Assembly (NCBI GenBank): GCA_017610005.1
Contig: JAFCCU010000001.1
Location: 1,478-65,477 of the forward strand
Direction of reading: 5' to 3'
Length of the DNA stretch: 64,000 bases
DNA from: Candidatus Woesearchaeota archaeon
GTDB lineage: Archaea > Nanobdellota > Nanobdellia > Woesearchaeales > B29-G15
Shown here: in pieces, positions 27,801-36,467 of the stretch
Layout: every line of letters starts with the position of its first letter
How positions within the stretch are numbered: position 1 is the first letter of the stretch
The notes under the pieces: generated by a model
Seen by the model: the letters and a program-made list of their open reading frames with translations, nothing else
Told to the model about the DNA's origin: nothing
Databases searched by the model: none
Made by a program: the position numbers and the translations under genes

Positions 27801-30684
27801 CAAAAGCGAGTGCATTTCCAAGAGGAGAATCAGTTGTAATGTCTGCACCAACCACCTTCCCTTCGTAAACATTGCCACTAGAGTCAATAACATCACTAGG
27901 TGCATCTGATATTAAATCTGCAATAGAAGGTTCTGTGCCATCAATTATATCTACCCTTGGATAGGCCCACTGTTGCCTAGTGGACGCATCTGTTGAATAA
28001 TAAAGGTAGGAACGGTGCCTTGATTTTACATTATTAGTACTCCAAACATAATCTCGATGAATGGTTCCAAATTTACTCCCTGCAGTATTATATCTGCCCG
28101 AATCAGTATGAACACTTCCAGTTCCTGATCCTGCAGGCCAAATGTGGCCCACTACTAAAACCCATGTGCCTGTAGGAAGTTCTGTATTTGGTGGTGATGA
28201 AGAATACCAAAAATAGGGGTTGGTATTTGTAGCACCTGTGCCTCTATCAATAACCCCTATTGCCTCTTCTGCAGAATTAAAACCCTTAGTCCCCAAATAA
28301 AACCTACCTGTGCTTCCTTGAACATCCCGTTTCACCCAAGTTGAAAATCTATAAGTTTTAGTATTATCAATATTAAATATGGCTCCATTCCATCCACCAT
28401 CGGCGCCACTTACTGCAGTTGGTCTTGCTTCCCATATAACTGTTTCTTCCCCAAAAGGATCATTGCTAAGTATTCTGTAATTTTCAGTTTCATCTCCATT
28501 TCTTGTGAATCCTATGGCGCTCCCTGTACTAACTGTCCAGGTACTTGGGTCTATTACATTGTTATCTAAGCGCTCATTTAAGTGCCACACTCCTTCATAA
28601 TCGCCATCATAAGTCCCCACTTCATTTTGGACATCAGGCGCACTTGGATTATTATAATATAAAAAGATAAAATCTTCTCCACTATTTTCAATAATTGGGA
28701 CATTTACCCAAATATAACTTTCTCCTAAAGGGTCCCAACTTTCAATGTGGTAATTTAGCACAGTGTTTCCATAATTATCAATAAATCTTAAATCACTGCC
28801 ATCTGATTTACATTTAGAATAATCTATTTTCCCAGAATCAAGCTTAACCAAAAGGGGAAATTCTGCAAGATTAGTCTGATCCCAATTCGAGAATGTAAGA
28901 TTTATTCTATCTGACCAAGAAGTATCCCACCAGGTAACTGGATCATAAACCAAAAAGTGAATTTCATTCCATCTTACATATTGGCTAATATTCTCTCCAA
29001 TATCTGAACTTAAGTTAAGTTCAACATTAGTGTTTTCAGAGATATTTAGAAAATCCCATGTCAAAAAATCATAGTTCCAAATATATACTTCAATACTTCT
29101 GCCAGCGCCAGTTCCTTGCCAATCAAATCGCAGTGCACCAATTTCATTAGCATCTTCAGTTATATTAAAAATGAAATGATCATATACATGATTTGTTAAA
29201 TTTATTATGTCAATGTAATTCCCATCACTTATAGTGATGTTAGTTGTATCAGTAACAAGGGTTTCTCCAGCAGGATGTAATACACTTGGTAATGCACCAA
29301 TATTTCTAAACATCTTCTGTCCAGGATTATTAAAATCATATTCTCTTGACAGGTAAAATTCAACATCTGAATCAATTTCAAGAGAAGTATTCACCTTTAT
29401 TGAAAGCTCAGGATTTGAAGAAACAGAAACTGCATTATTTTCTGGAATTGGCTCATTTAAATCTGCATTTCCAAATATTGAATTGCCACATTTACAACAA
29501 ATTTGATTGTCAAAGTAACCGCACTCTCCTACATGAGAGTTTGTAAAATCATAAATAGATGCGACACATTCTTCATCTGCATTACAATGATCTTTTATTG
29601 AACATGAACAATTCCAAGCACATATAGAGATAGGATAGTTAGTTAATTCAGGGGCTTCAACATGGGTATTGTCGAGTTGATAAGCTTTTAAAATGGCCCC
29701 TTCACGCTCACTACATCCTTCCTCATCAAATCTAGCCATTTGGATATCTTCACAACAATAATTTAATCCAAAATATCCACATTGGCCAATATGGGTATCA
29801 TTTTCTTGAGGCACAGAAAATACACAAGTTTCAGCTTCAGAGCATGTTTCTTTAATTGTGCAAAACTTTGGTAAACTTGTAGTATTAAACTTCCACTCAT
29901 CAGAGGTTGTTGAAACTCCCCCACTGCCATTTACTTCTACATGCCAAGAATAAGTATCATTTCTTGATAATCCAATTAATGGAAAACTTGCATTTGTGCC
30001 ATTTGGAATATTATACCTTTTCCACATCAAAGTTGATCCATTATAAAAAGTGATATTTAATTCTCCTCCGAGTGAATCAGTTAAATTAACATTTAAACCC
30101 ACCTCTTCAGGATGACCAGCAGATTCATCTTCCGGAGAAATTAGTGTAACCCCTGGTGGACTTAAACATTCACAACATAAATCTTCATCATAATATCCAC
30201 AAGAGCCAACATGTGCGTCAGTTGAGTCAGACATTGAAACCATACAAAATTCTTCCCCTTCACAACTTGGTTTTAAAGTGCAATTGCAAGCTTTACTGCA
30301 TAATACTTCACTGTACAATGAGCCATCGGGAGCTTCAACATGAGAATCATCAATTTCAAATTGTCTTAATAATATTCCTTCATTCCCTTCACATACAAAT
30401 GGACGAAGGGTGGCATCATAAAGTTCATCACAGCAAACCTTAGTGGAATAATAGTCACAAGTACCAACATGGGAATCAGTTAAAGGGAATATTGAAAAAG
30501 CACAGGTGTCCGTACAAGATTCAGTTATTTGACAATCAGCAGAAAAACCAAGGGGTAAAATCAAGATAAATGCAACAAGTAGTAAACCTACTTTACACTT
30601 ATCAATACATGTGATATCAATCACCCCTTTCAGTCCTAAGGGAATTAGATATACATTTTTTATATAAACTTTTCTAAAGAGCAC
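24892..30684 (-). CDS. Giant secreted adhesin-like protein (Cys-rich repeats, Fn3/Ig-like, DUF2341-like, several LamG); ends mid-LamG
   Basis: Hydrophobic signal segment after CKVG, DSHVG.C.YY repeats, LRFID..IWVNVP, and WHH.VGTYD..LYVDG..IDEVRIS. True start is likely near 30624. Confidence 0.88.
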   Translation of the reverse strand: MLFRKVYIKNVYLIPLGLKGVIDITCIDKCKVGLLLVAFILILPLGFSADCQITESCTDTCAFSIFPLTDSHVGTCDYYSTKVCCDELYDATLRPFVCEGNEGILLRQFEIDDSHVEAPDGSLYSEVLCSKACNCTLKPSCEGEEFCMVSMSDSTDAHVGSCGYYDEDLCCECLSPPGVTLISPEDESAGHPEEVGLNVNLTDSLGGELNITFYNGSTLMWKRYNIPNGTNASFPLIGLSRNDTYSWHVEVNGSGGVSTTSDEWKFNTTSLPKFCTIKETCSEAETCVFSVPQENDTHIGQCGYFGLNYCCEDIQMARFDEEGCSEREGAILKAYQLDNTHVEAPELTNYPISICAWNCSCSIKDHCNADEECVASIYDFTNSHVGECGYFDNQICCKCGNSIFGNADLNEPIPENNAVSVSSNPELSIKVNTSLEIDSDVEFYLSREYDFNNPGQKMFRNIGALPSVLHPAGETLVTDTTNITISDGNYIDIINLTNHVYDHFIFNITEDANEIGALRFDWQGTGAGRSIEVYIWNYDFLTWDFLNISENTNVELNLSSDIGENISQYVRWNEIHFLVYDPVTWWDTSWSDRINLTFSNWDQTNLAEFPLLVKLDSGKIDYSKCKSDGSDLRFIDNYGNTVLNYHIESWDPLGESYIWVNVPIIENSGEDFIFLYYNNPSAPDVQNEVGTYDGDYEGVWHLNERLDNNVIDPSTWTVSTGSAIGFTRNGDETENYRILSNDPFGEETVIWEARPTAVSGADGGWNGAIFNIDNTKTYRFSTWVKRDVQGSTGRFYLGTKGFNSAEEAIGVIDRGTGATNTNPYFWYSSSPPNTELPTGTWVLVVGHIWPAGSGTGSVHTDSGRYNTAGSKFGTIHRDYVWSTNNVKSRHRSYLYYSTDASTRQQWAYPRVDIIDGTEPSIADLISDAPSDVIDSSGNVYEGKVVGADITTDSPLGNALAFDGVDDYVELPSVNPTTAITVEAWIKSAVGTGYGGVWQLVSKYSSYILGTSGTGTNNVCFLIHNGDSWQYGSCYDIPNPENWHHFVGTYDSIAQEKKLYVDGKLRETTYPSGTIAADTGPIDLGQRECCPGSVFGGIIDEVRISDTARSAEWVNASYLSQADIFLDYGVSEAGSCGNDFLVCPIGQRCNVNQCELCPSDACDAETCGPLEWGDFNELGYCELSCLGPDQSQDSCTTCNTRNWATNNECCDPGEDFCNNGADSCVLGVYSIDHCLDGKQNCDEIQIDIGGNDCPQLNGGACTLNEGCVSEHCSNGICCASGDCCAIDTDCPIGTSCNVTSQCESCPADTCSIGDCTEEQWGDFNELSNCEITCHNPDEHQSACETCNTSIWSTVSSECCGDLVNDDFCNLGADSCINGFYFTNHCTDNQKNCDEEWFDCGGADCPACNYPPLPPEPLLVQNNTIVDTSIATLNFTLTDPEGDNIIEYTIIIDDDPDFTDPLIVEEVVTQTIPSGTEIEYASPILAPNTVYYWSVSASDGGTFYGDPVDSTWTFETPAAFKVATNYVSLKVIKKGIDTDVENGTRASALFTDLTGNTEYSWYARGVDIFSNIGLSSNFTFTTSALPYVTHALLDGNVDIEGTHDLNLEFGGNDSAYGDLTKVVDWRVNSNSIALLNLAFQINHTPSNITRDYSSNLHHANVFNVKWTRFGLLGGAYIFDGSSNLILPNNSLFDISKTLTLETWIKTDTIPTSAEQGYLIGHTNFDTDWYGYALAISPTTGRVYLGTYNGSGTGTQAISTTNIADGEWHHIIGTHDRGTSKIYVDGILENTIVGADMPEYTISIPLKIAACSHSPGNFTGMLDEVKIYNRVIPPNEVYKLYNNTINSKEDLVLNLNFKDNLNSLEVGAIPDYSSFENNGTLGVIETAPIWVPDGQIGASYHFDGENDFITVADEDSLDLEEFTLVIWAKGDSS

Positions 30685-32580
30685 TTAATGCTCTTCAAAG
30701 TATTCAAGAGATATTAAATCTAATCCGGGCGTATCTATACCAGTTGAATTAAATTTCATTTGGTAATAAAATGAGTCTCCGCCCCAATCAAAGTGTTTAA
30801 GGTAAATATTATTTTGGCCTGCTAGTAATTTATTCCAACCAGCAGTAGTACTTGAATTAATCCAATTAGTTTGATCTTGAGAAAATCTCACAAACACATT
30901 TGTACCTATTGGAAGTCTTGGGATTGTAGCATTAAATGCAGTGACGTTAAGTGCTAATCTCCCATCAAGAAGATTTGTGGATGTTAAATTTCCATATTTC
31001 TCATACCCATTTAATGTTTGATTTTTCGTTAAATTCACAAATCCGTTTGCAATAGTAATATTACTTATTGAATCTATTTTTGAAGAATCATCAAAAGTAT
31101 CATTAAGACTTACGGGATCACCAAGCCAGATCTCAAGTTCCCCACATTCTCCTCCAACGCAAGTTACATTAACCTTTAAAATGCCCAATATGCCATAATA
31201 CCAGGTCACTTCGAAAACTCCCCAGTTTACAAACCATGTTGTGATTCTTTTATCCTCTAGGTTGTTATCATCTATGCAATTTGCAGTTAGTGTCCATGAA
31301 TCAGAATCATTAATTATAAGATTATCATTGTCATATATCCAGTAGTCTCCACCATCAAATGGCGCATCAGCAGTTTCAAAAAAAGTAAATTCATCAAAAT
31401 CATTTTCCATAATAAATCCAACTTTATCAATGTGACCTTGACCATCAGTATGCACACATTTTGCTCTCACTCGAGTAACATTTTTATGCCATAATGCCCT
31501 AGTACATGCTTCCCATGTATTATTTATTTCACACTGTGTTGATGTTAATGAAGGAACTCCTGTTGGAGAACTTCCAGTAGTACCATTGCCTGAAAACCCT
31601 CCTGTTTCAACATAATGCCTTGCGTCTAACTTAAAACCATAAAATTTTTCATCAGGATCGTGGCTAGTGATATGTTTTAACTCATATAATGTCCTATTAA
31701 TCCCAAATGGTGCACATCTTCCAGTAGAATAAAAGCAAAAATCAATGTATGTTCTATTTAATTCTTTAGTAAATCCCAATAAATTCGGATTAACTGCAGA
31801 CTCAATACCACAACAAGTTGAAGCATTTAAATTGTCATAAAGCCTCATTAAAAATGAAGGCCCATAGGGCTGGGCAACATAATCTGAGTCATTAATAAAC
31901 CTGTATAAAGATTTCCAGTCAAGTTCATAATCCACTTCATAATCCGCAAAATGAATAGGTATTTTTATGCCTTCATAAATAGACCATAGTGGATCATATA
32001 ACCCTTCGATGGGGATTATAACTTCTGAAGAATGGTTTACATCCCAATTTGCCGCGCCTGCAACTATTGAATAATCTATCGAGATATTAACTCCAATGTA
32101 TTCAGCCCCAGTATCATTATTTTGGAAAAGTCCAACTTCTGCACTCTCTCTGAAAAATTTAGCTTCAATACTTAAGCCATCATAAATTGCTTCTTCGAAC
32201 ATATTTAGTGCTTCAAAGAGTGAATTGTTTTCCATCATTGGGAATCCAATATCTTCATCAATTTTCCTGTTAACAGTAGTATTTCCTGTAAGCATTACAG
32301 TTTGAAATTTTGCATCTAATGCTTCTTTATCTGCAAATGCCCGGTCACCATCAACATATAATGCTAAAGCACTAAGCGCCCTGTATGAAGATACGACAAC
32401 CATTCTATCTAAAAATGCATCATTAATATTTCTAATAAGATTATCAGCCACTTCAACCCTAGTATTTTCAACAATTAATCTTTCTTGTGCAATTTCTTCT
32501 GTTTGGGGTTGGAAAGCAACAAGCAGTATTCCAACTATAATTAATGACATGATAGTATAAAACACCCCTTTCTTATTCAT
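30685..32580 (-). CDS. Type IV pilin-like (class III signal peptide) protein with appended domains
   Basis: MNKKG|VFYTIMSLIIVGILLV prepilin-like N-terminus. Confidence 0.75.
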   Translation of the reverse strand: MNKKGVFYTIMSLIIVGILLVAFQPQTEEIAQERLIVENTRVEVADNLIRNINDAFLDRMVVVSSYRALSALALYVDGDRAFADKEALDAKFQTVMLTGNTTVNRKIDEDIGFPMMENNSLFEALNMFEEAIYDGLSIEAKFFRESAEVGLFQNNDTGAEYIGVNISIDYSIVAGAANWDVNHSSEVIIPIEGLYDPLWSIYEGIKIPIHFADYEVDYELDWKSLYRFINDSDYVAQPYGPSFLMRLYDNLNASTCCGIESAVNPNLLGFTKELNRTYIDFCFYSTGRCAPFGINRTLYELKHITSHDPDEKFYGFKLDARHYVETGGFSGNGTTGSSPTGVPSLTSTQCEINNTWEACTRALWHKNVTRVRAKCVHTDGQGHIDKVGFIMENDFDEFTFFETADAPFDGGDYWIYDNDNLIINDSDSWTLTANCIDDNNLEDKRITTWFVNWGVFEVTWYYGILGILKVNVTCVGGECGELEIWLGDPVSLNDTFDDSSKIDSISNITIANGFVNLTKNQTLNGYEKYGNLTSTNLLDGRLALNVTAFNATIPRLPIGTNVFVRFSQDQTNWINSSTTAGWNKLLAGQNNIYLKHFDWGGDSFYYQMKFNSTGIDTPGLDLISLEYFEEH

Positions 32581-33098
32581 TGCCAGATCCTCACTTCAAT
32601 AAGATATGGGCCCCAAAGTGCTGTTGAATTATATACACCTACTGCTGGAGTTTTTGATGTAAGCAAGATTTTTGTTACTTTGTTTTCCATAAATCTTGGG
32701 CGTTCAAAAATAGGATCTCCATCAATATAAAATCCTACGCCATATTCTTGTTGGATTAGATTTTTAGTTAACTCTTCAAGTAACAATCTCTGATGATCAG
32801 TAAAGTTTGTGCCCAAATCTCCTGTTATATTTGCTTTAAATTCAAATTCTCCAATTTGTTCTAAAATAGTATTTTTTGGATTTGTAATAATCTTTCCTGC
32901 TATTAATAGTTTAAGATGTTCATTATGAAGATCCTCAATTCTATCGGTGGAGAATGTCGCGAGTTGCCCAGAAGCATATGCTCTTGTTTGATCAGCAGAG
33001 GGTGTAAAAGAATATAATGTGGAGATAATCATCATGCCAACTATTATGACCCCGATTGCAAGAAAAGCATCAAGCGTAAAAAAATATCCTTTTTTCAT
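32577..33098 (-). CDS. Type IV pilin-like (class III signal peptide) protein
   Basis: MKKG|YFFTLDAFLAIGVII N-terminus and GPYLIEVRIWQ end. ATGA overlap with the next gene. Confidence 0.8.
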   Translation of the reverse strand: MKKGYFFTLDAFLAIGVIIVGMMIISTLYSFTPSADQTRAYASGQLATFSTDRIEDLHNEHLKLLIAGKIITNPKNTILEQIGEFEFKANITGDLGTNFTDHQRLLLEELTKNLIQQEYGVGFYIDGDPIFERPRFMENKVTKILLTSKTPAVGVYNSTALWGPYLIEVRIWQ

Positions 33099-33274
33099 GT
33101 GTTAAAATTTCCCCACTGTTTGTAGGATTTCTAACATAAAAAATGCCTCTTTTTAATTGTTCGAATTTTTATGTCACCCTTTTTTTAGTTTTATAAAATT
33201 GCTAGGTATATAATATTTTCGAGTGATTGTTTGCAACCAAAAGTTATAAATGGCAGAGCTTACCCAGAAGGCAT

Positions 33275-34198
33275 ATGCTCGTTGAAAAACCTAAATGGAA
33301 AGCTAGATTCACACAAATCCTAGGGGAAAAAGACTACAAAGAGTTTATGAAGTGCAACAATGAGTGGCTTAGGAGGAGCATCCGAATAAATACATTAAAA
33401 ATAACTTCTGAAGAACTTAAAAAAAGACTTCCTGAGTGGAAATTTACAAAAGTTCCATGGTGTGAAATTGGATTTTTTATGGAACATAAGAAAGGGGAAC
33501 GCTTAGATATTGGGAATACTACAGAATTTCAATTAGGTTATTATTATGGCCAAGAAGCCGCTTCTATGATCCCCCCATTGGTCTTAAACCCAAAACAAAA
33601 TGATATAGTGCTTGATATGTGCGCAGCTCCTGGCAGTAAAACAACTCAAATGGCTGCAATGATGGAAAATAAGGGAGTGTTAGTTGCAAATGATGTTAAA
33701 GGTTCGAGACTTGCATCCCTAGGGATTAATTTACAAAGAATGGGGATAACAAATACTATTGTAACATTGATGCAAGGGCATTGGTTTAGACAGCCAAGAT
33801 TTAATAAAATTTTACTTGATGCGCCATGCTCAGGAACAGGGAACGTTAGAAAATCTCCCAAGATTATGTTAATCTGGAATCCAAATGGAATAAAAAGATT
33901 AGCAGGTCAACAAAAGAGTCTGATTAATGCTGCATTTAATTCTTTGAAAAAAGGAGGAATTTTGGTTTATTCTACTTGTTCAATAGAACCAGATGAAAAT
34001 GAAGGAGTAATTGATTTTTTATTAGGCAAACATGAAACTGCAAAATTAATGGAAATTAAATTAAATCTAAAGCGAGCAGACCCAATATTAGAATTTGAAG
34101 GGAAAAAGTATAATTCTGAAGTAAAAAAATGCTTAAGAATTTGGCCTCAGACTAATAATACTGGTGGCTTTTTTGTGACAAAAATTAAGAAAGTTTAG
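33275..34198 (+). CDS. NOL1/NOP2/Sun RNA m5C methyltransferase
   Basis: QEAASMIP, DMCAAPGSKT, LLDAPCSG, YSTCS...ENE, GFF. ATG 33275 lies about 25 nt after TTATAAA. Confidence 0.95.
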   Translation: MLVEKPKWKARFTQILGEKDYKEFMKCNNEWLRRSIRINTLKITSEELKKRLPEWKFTKVPWCEIGFFMEHKKGERLDIGNTTEFQLGYYYGQEAASMIPPLVLNPKQNDIVLDMCAAPGSKTTQMAAMMENKGVLVANDVKGSRLASLGINLQRMGITNTIVTLMQGHWFRQPRFNKILLDAPCSGTGNVRKSPKIMLIWNPNGIKRLAGQQKSLINAAFNSLKKGGILVYSTCSIEPDENEGVIDFLLGKHETAKLMEIKLNLKRADPILEFEGKKYNSEVKKCLRIWPQTNNTGGFFVTKIKKV

Positions 34199-34730
34199 CT
34201 TTAATAAAGCTAGTTAATTGAGTTTTAACATCGTCATCTGATTCGATGATTGTGTGCGGTCTTGTGATATGTTGCCACTTCTTTTTCATTTGAAGATACA
34301 TTTTCCATCTACTTTCTTTGTCTCCAATCATTCTATGTTCTTCATGAGGATTATTAAAAATTTTCTTTTTAACTTCTTGCTCTGGGCAAACAATTTCAAT
34401 TACATGCATTTTAATTCCATAAGAATGGGAAAATTCGTAAAAAAGCTTTCTTGATTCAGCTAGATCAAAGCACGTATCAAGAATTATTGTGTTAAATTGA
34501 TCAAAATCTTTAATCAGTTTGTCTATTTTCGCTTGATGGATCCCTAGTCTTATTTGAGTTTGCTCAGGCAATGATAAGCCTACAAATTCAATACCTTGAC
34601 TCTCGATGAATTGTTTGGCAAATAAGTCAGAATCAAAGTAATTTGTATTCTCTAACATATTATGGAGCATTCGTGCGGCATAGCTTTTGCCTACACCACT
34701 TAACCCACCGACTATAATTAGGGTTTTCAT
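34185..34730 (-). CDS. P-loop kinase (AAA_33 / nucleotide-kinase-like)
   Basis: IIVGGLSGVGKS, DSD and ILD motifs. Probable ATG 34730. Confidence 0.8.
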   Translation of the reverse strand: MKTLIIVGGLSGVGKSYAARMLHNMLENTNYFDSDLFAKQFIESQGIEFVGLSLPEQTQIRLGIHQAKIDKLIKDFDQFNTIILDTCFDLAESRKLFYEFSHSYGIKMHVIEIVCPEQEVKKKIFNNPHEEHRMIGDKESRWKMYLQMKKKWQHITRPHTIIESDDDVKTQLTSFIKAKLS

Positions 34731-34795
34731 AACTTCTTGCAATAAGTCATCACTTAAAAAGATTGTGTTATTTTTTAAACTTTTGAGTGACAACA

Positions 34796-35746
34796 CTAAA
34801 ATAAGCTTAATCTTAATATAAAATATGCAAAGTAACTAAGAATTAGGATTATAGCTTCGTATTTATTAAGGTATTTACCTTTCCAAAATAATAATAGCCC
34901 AAGGAAACTTATCCCAAACCAAAAAGGAATATCAAAATAAAATAAAGGTGAACTAACAGAATAACCGGAAATCATTGCGCCAAGGCCAATTGCAAGCATT
35001 GGATTTGTGATATTGCTCCCAACAAGGGTGCCAAGAGACATTCTAGAGGATTTACTAAATAAAGCAGTAATGGCAGTTGTTAGTTCAGGGAGAGCAGTTG
35101 CAACACCAATAATTAGTGTACCAATTAAAGAACCGGAAATATTGTAAGTTTCAGAAAACCAAACAGCTTGTTTTAGGATATAATTAGCACAAAAGATCAA
35201 TAAAGTAAACCCCATAGCAATAAAGAATATCTCACTTGAAAGTTTTCCTGTTTTAATTTTTTCTTGGGCATTTTCACTACGGCTTAAAAAAATAATATAC
35301 CCTATGTAAAGTAGTGTTAAAATAATCCCTTCATACCTGTTAATCCCCCCTAATGAAAATACCCATAATAATACAATTCCAGCAAGCATAAACATATAAT
35401 CTTTTTTTAAAAATTTTGAATCACAAATAAGCTTTCCAAACAGGCCAACAATCCCAGTTATAAGAGTGATTTGGATAATATTTGATCCAATGTTTGTGCC
35501 TAGGGCAATTTCACTTAAAACATCCATTTGTAAGGGATATTTTAAGATAGTGATACTTGCAATAATATGCTCCGTTATTTCTGGAAGAGAGGTTAAAACA
35601 GAAAGTAATGTTAAACCTATAAAAAATTCACTTATCCCAAGTCTTTTTGCAAGCTTTTTTGCAGCATGCACAACAAATTCGGCTCCCAAGATTAGGCCGA
35701 ATAATGCACAAATTCCCAAGAGTACACTAATAAAAATTGAGACCAT
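34796..35746 (-). CDS. Calcium/sodium exchanger (YrbG/CaCA family)
   Basis: Two alpha repeats, TSLPE...GSNI and TALPE...GSNI. Confidence 0.93.
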   Translation of the reverse strand: MVSIFISVLLGICALFGLILGAEFVVHAAKKLAKRLGISEFFIGLTLLSVLTSLPEITEHIIASITILKYPLQMDVLSEIALGTNIGSNIIQITLITGIVGLFGKLICDSKFLKKDYMFMLAGIVLLWVFSLGGINRYEGIILTLLYIGYIIFLSRSENAQEKIKTGKLSSEIFFIAMGFTLLIFCANYILKQAVWFSETYNISGSLIGTLIIGVATALPELTTAITALFSKSSRMSLGTLVGSNITNPMLAIGLGAMISGYSVSSPLFYFDIPFWFGISFLGLLLFWKGKYLNKYEAIILILSYFAYFILRLSLF

Positions 35747-35835
35747 TTATTAAATATTCTCTTATCGTGTATTAAAAAGTTTCTATTTTGCAAAACCTTT
35801 AAAAAGGGCTAGTTAATTCTTTTTCTTACTCAAAT

Positions 35836-35909
35836 GGGGCCGTGGGGTAGCTTGGCCATCCTCACTGGTTTGGGGCCAGTTGACCCCGGTTCGAATCCGG
35901 GCGGCCCCA
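35836..35909 (+). tRNA. tRNA-Pro (TGG), intron-less, CCA not encoded
   Basis: Acceptor stem GGGGCCG/CGGCCCC, anticodon stem ACTGG/CCAGT with loop TT-TGG-GG, T-arm CCCGG-TTCGAAT-CCGGG. CCTTTAAAA TATA element upstream. Confidence 0.97.
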
Positions 35910-36182
35910 TTGAGTCAGCAGTCAGCAGTCAGCAGTCAGCAGTCAGCAGTAATATATATTAAAAACACAACCTTGGCGGGTTAAGGCAAAGCCTTACACC
36001 CTCCCCGTTTGCTACTCTGCTTTATGAAAGCAGAGGTTTGAAACAGGGCGGCCCCATTGAGTCAGCAGTCTGGAGTCAGCAGTCAGCAGTCAGCAGTAAT
36101 ATATATTAAAAACACAACCTTGGCGGGTTAAGGCAAAGCCTTACACCCTCCCCGTTTGCTACTCTGCTTTATGAAAGCAGAG
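35888..36182 (+). repeat. 147-bp tandem duplication beginning in the tRNA-Pro T-arm, each copy with a 5-unit AGTCAGC heptamer array and hairpins
   Basis: 35899-36035 matches 36046-36182 except one heptamer (AGTCAGC to AGTCTGG). 36035-36056 is a 3-mismatch copy of the tRNA 3' 22 nt. Confidence 0.93.
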
Positions 36183-36226
36183 AAATCAAAAAGTATATAA
36201 GGGACAACAAAACAATTGACTTGAAA

Positions 36227-36466
36227 ATGAAACATCAGGGAACATCACGACGCTTTGGAGCCAGATATGGTCTGAAGGTAAGAAAAAAGCTAGAAAAGAT
36301 AGAAATTTTAACCAAAGCAAATAAGAAGTGTCCCTACTGTGGGTATCCTGCATTAAAAAAAATAGCTATCGGAATTTTCATCTGTAAAAAGTGCAATAAA
36401 AAGTTTACTGGAAAAGCTTATACAATTGCAAAAAAAACACCAGTAGTAGAAGTAAAAGAGGAATAG
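36227..36466 (+). CDS. rpl37ae: 50S ribosomal protein L37Ae (eL43)
   Basis: RFGARYG, CPYC, GIFICKKC, GKAY. Confidence 0.95.
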   Translation: MKHQGTSRRFGARYGLKVRKKLEKIEILTKANKKCPYCGYPALKKIAIGIFICKKCNKKFTGKAYTIAKKTPVVEVKEE

Positions 36467-36467
36467 A

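Noticed and set aside
18989-30684. Diversity-generating retroelement targets or inteins in the giant genes
   Set aside because: No reverse transcriptase, no adenine-specific near-duplicate repeat, and no intein C/S...HN termini were seen.
35888-36182. Second tRNA gene or integrated provirus
   Set aside because: Only a degenerate 3' 22 nt is repeated, with no D or anticodon arm. No integrase or cargo lies between the copies.
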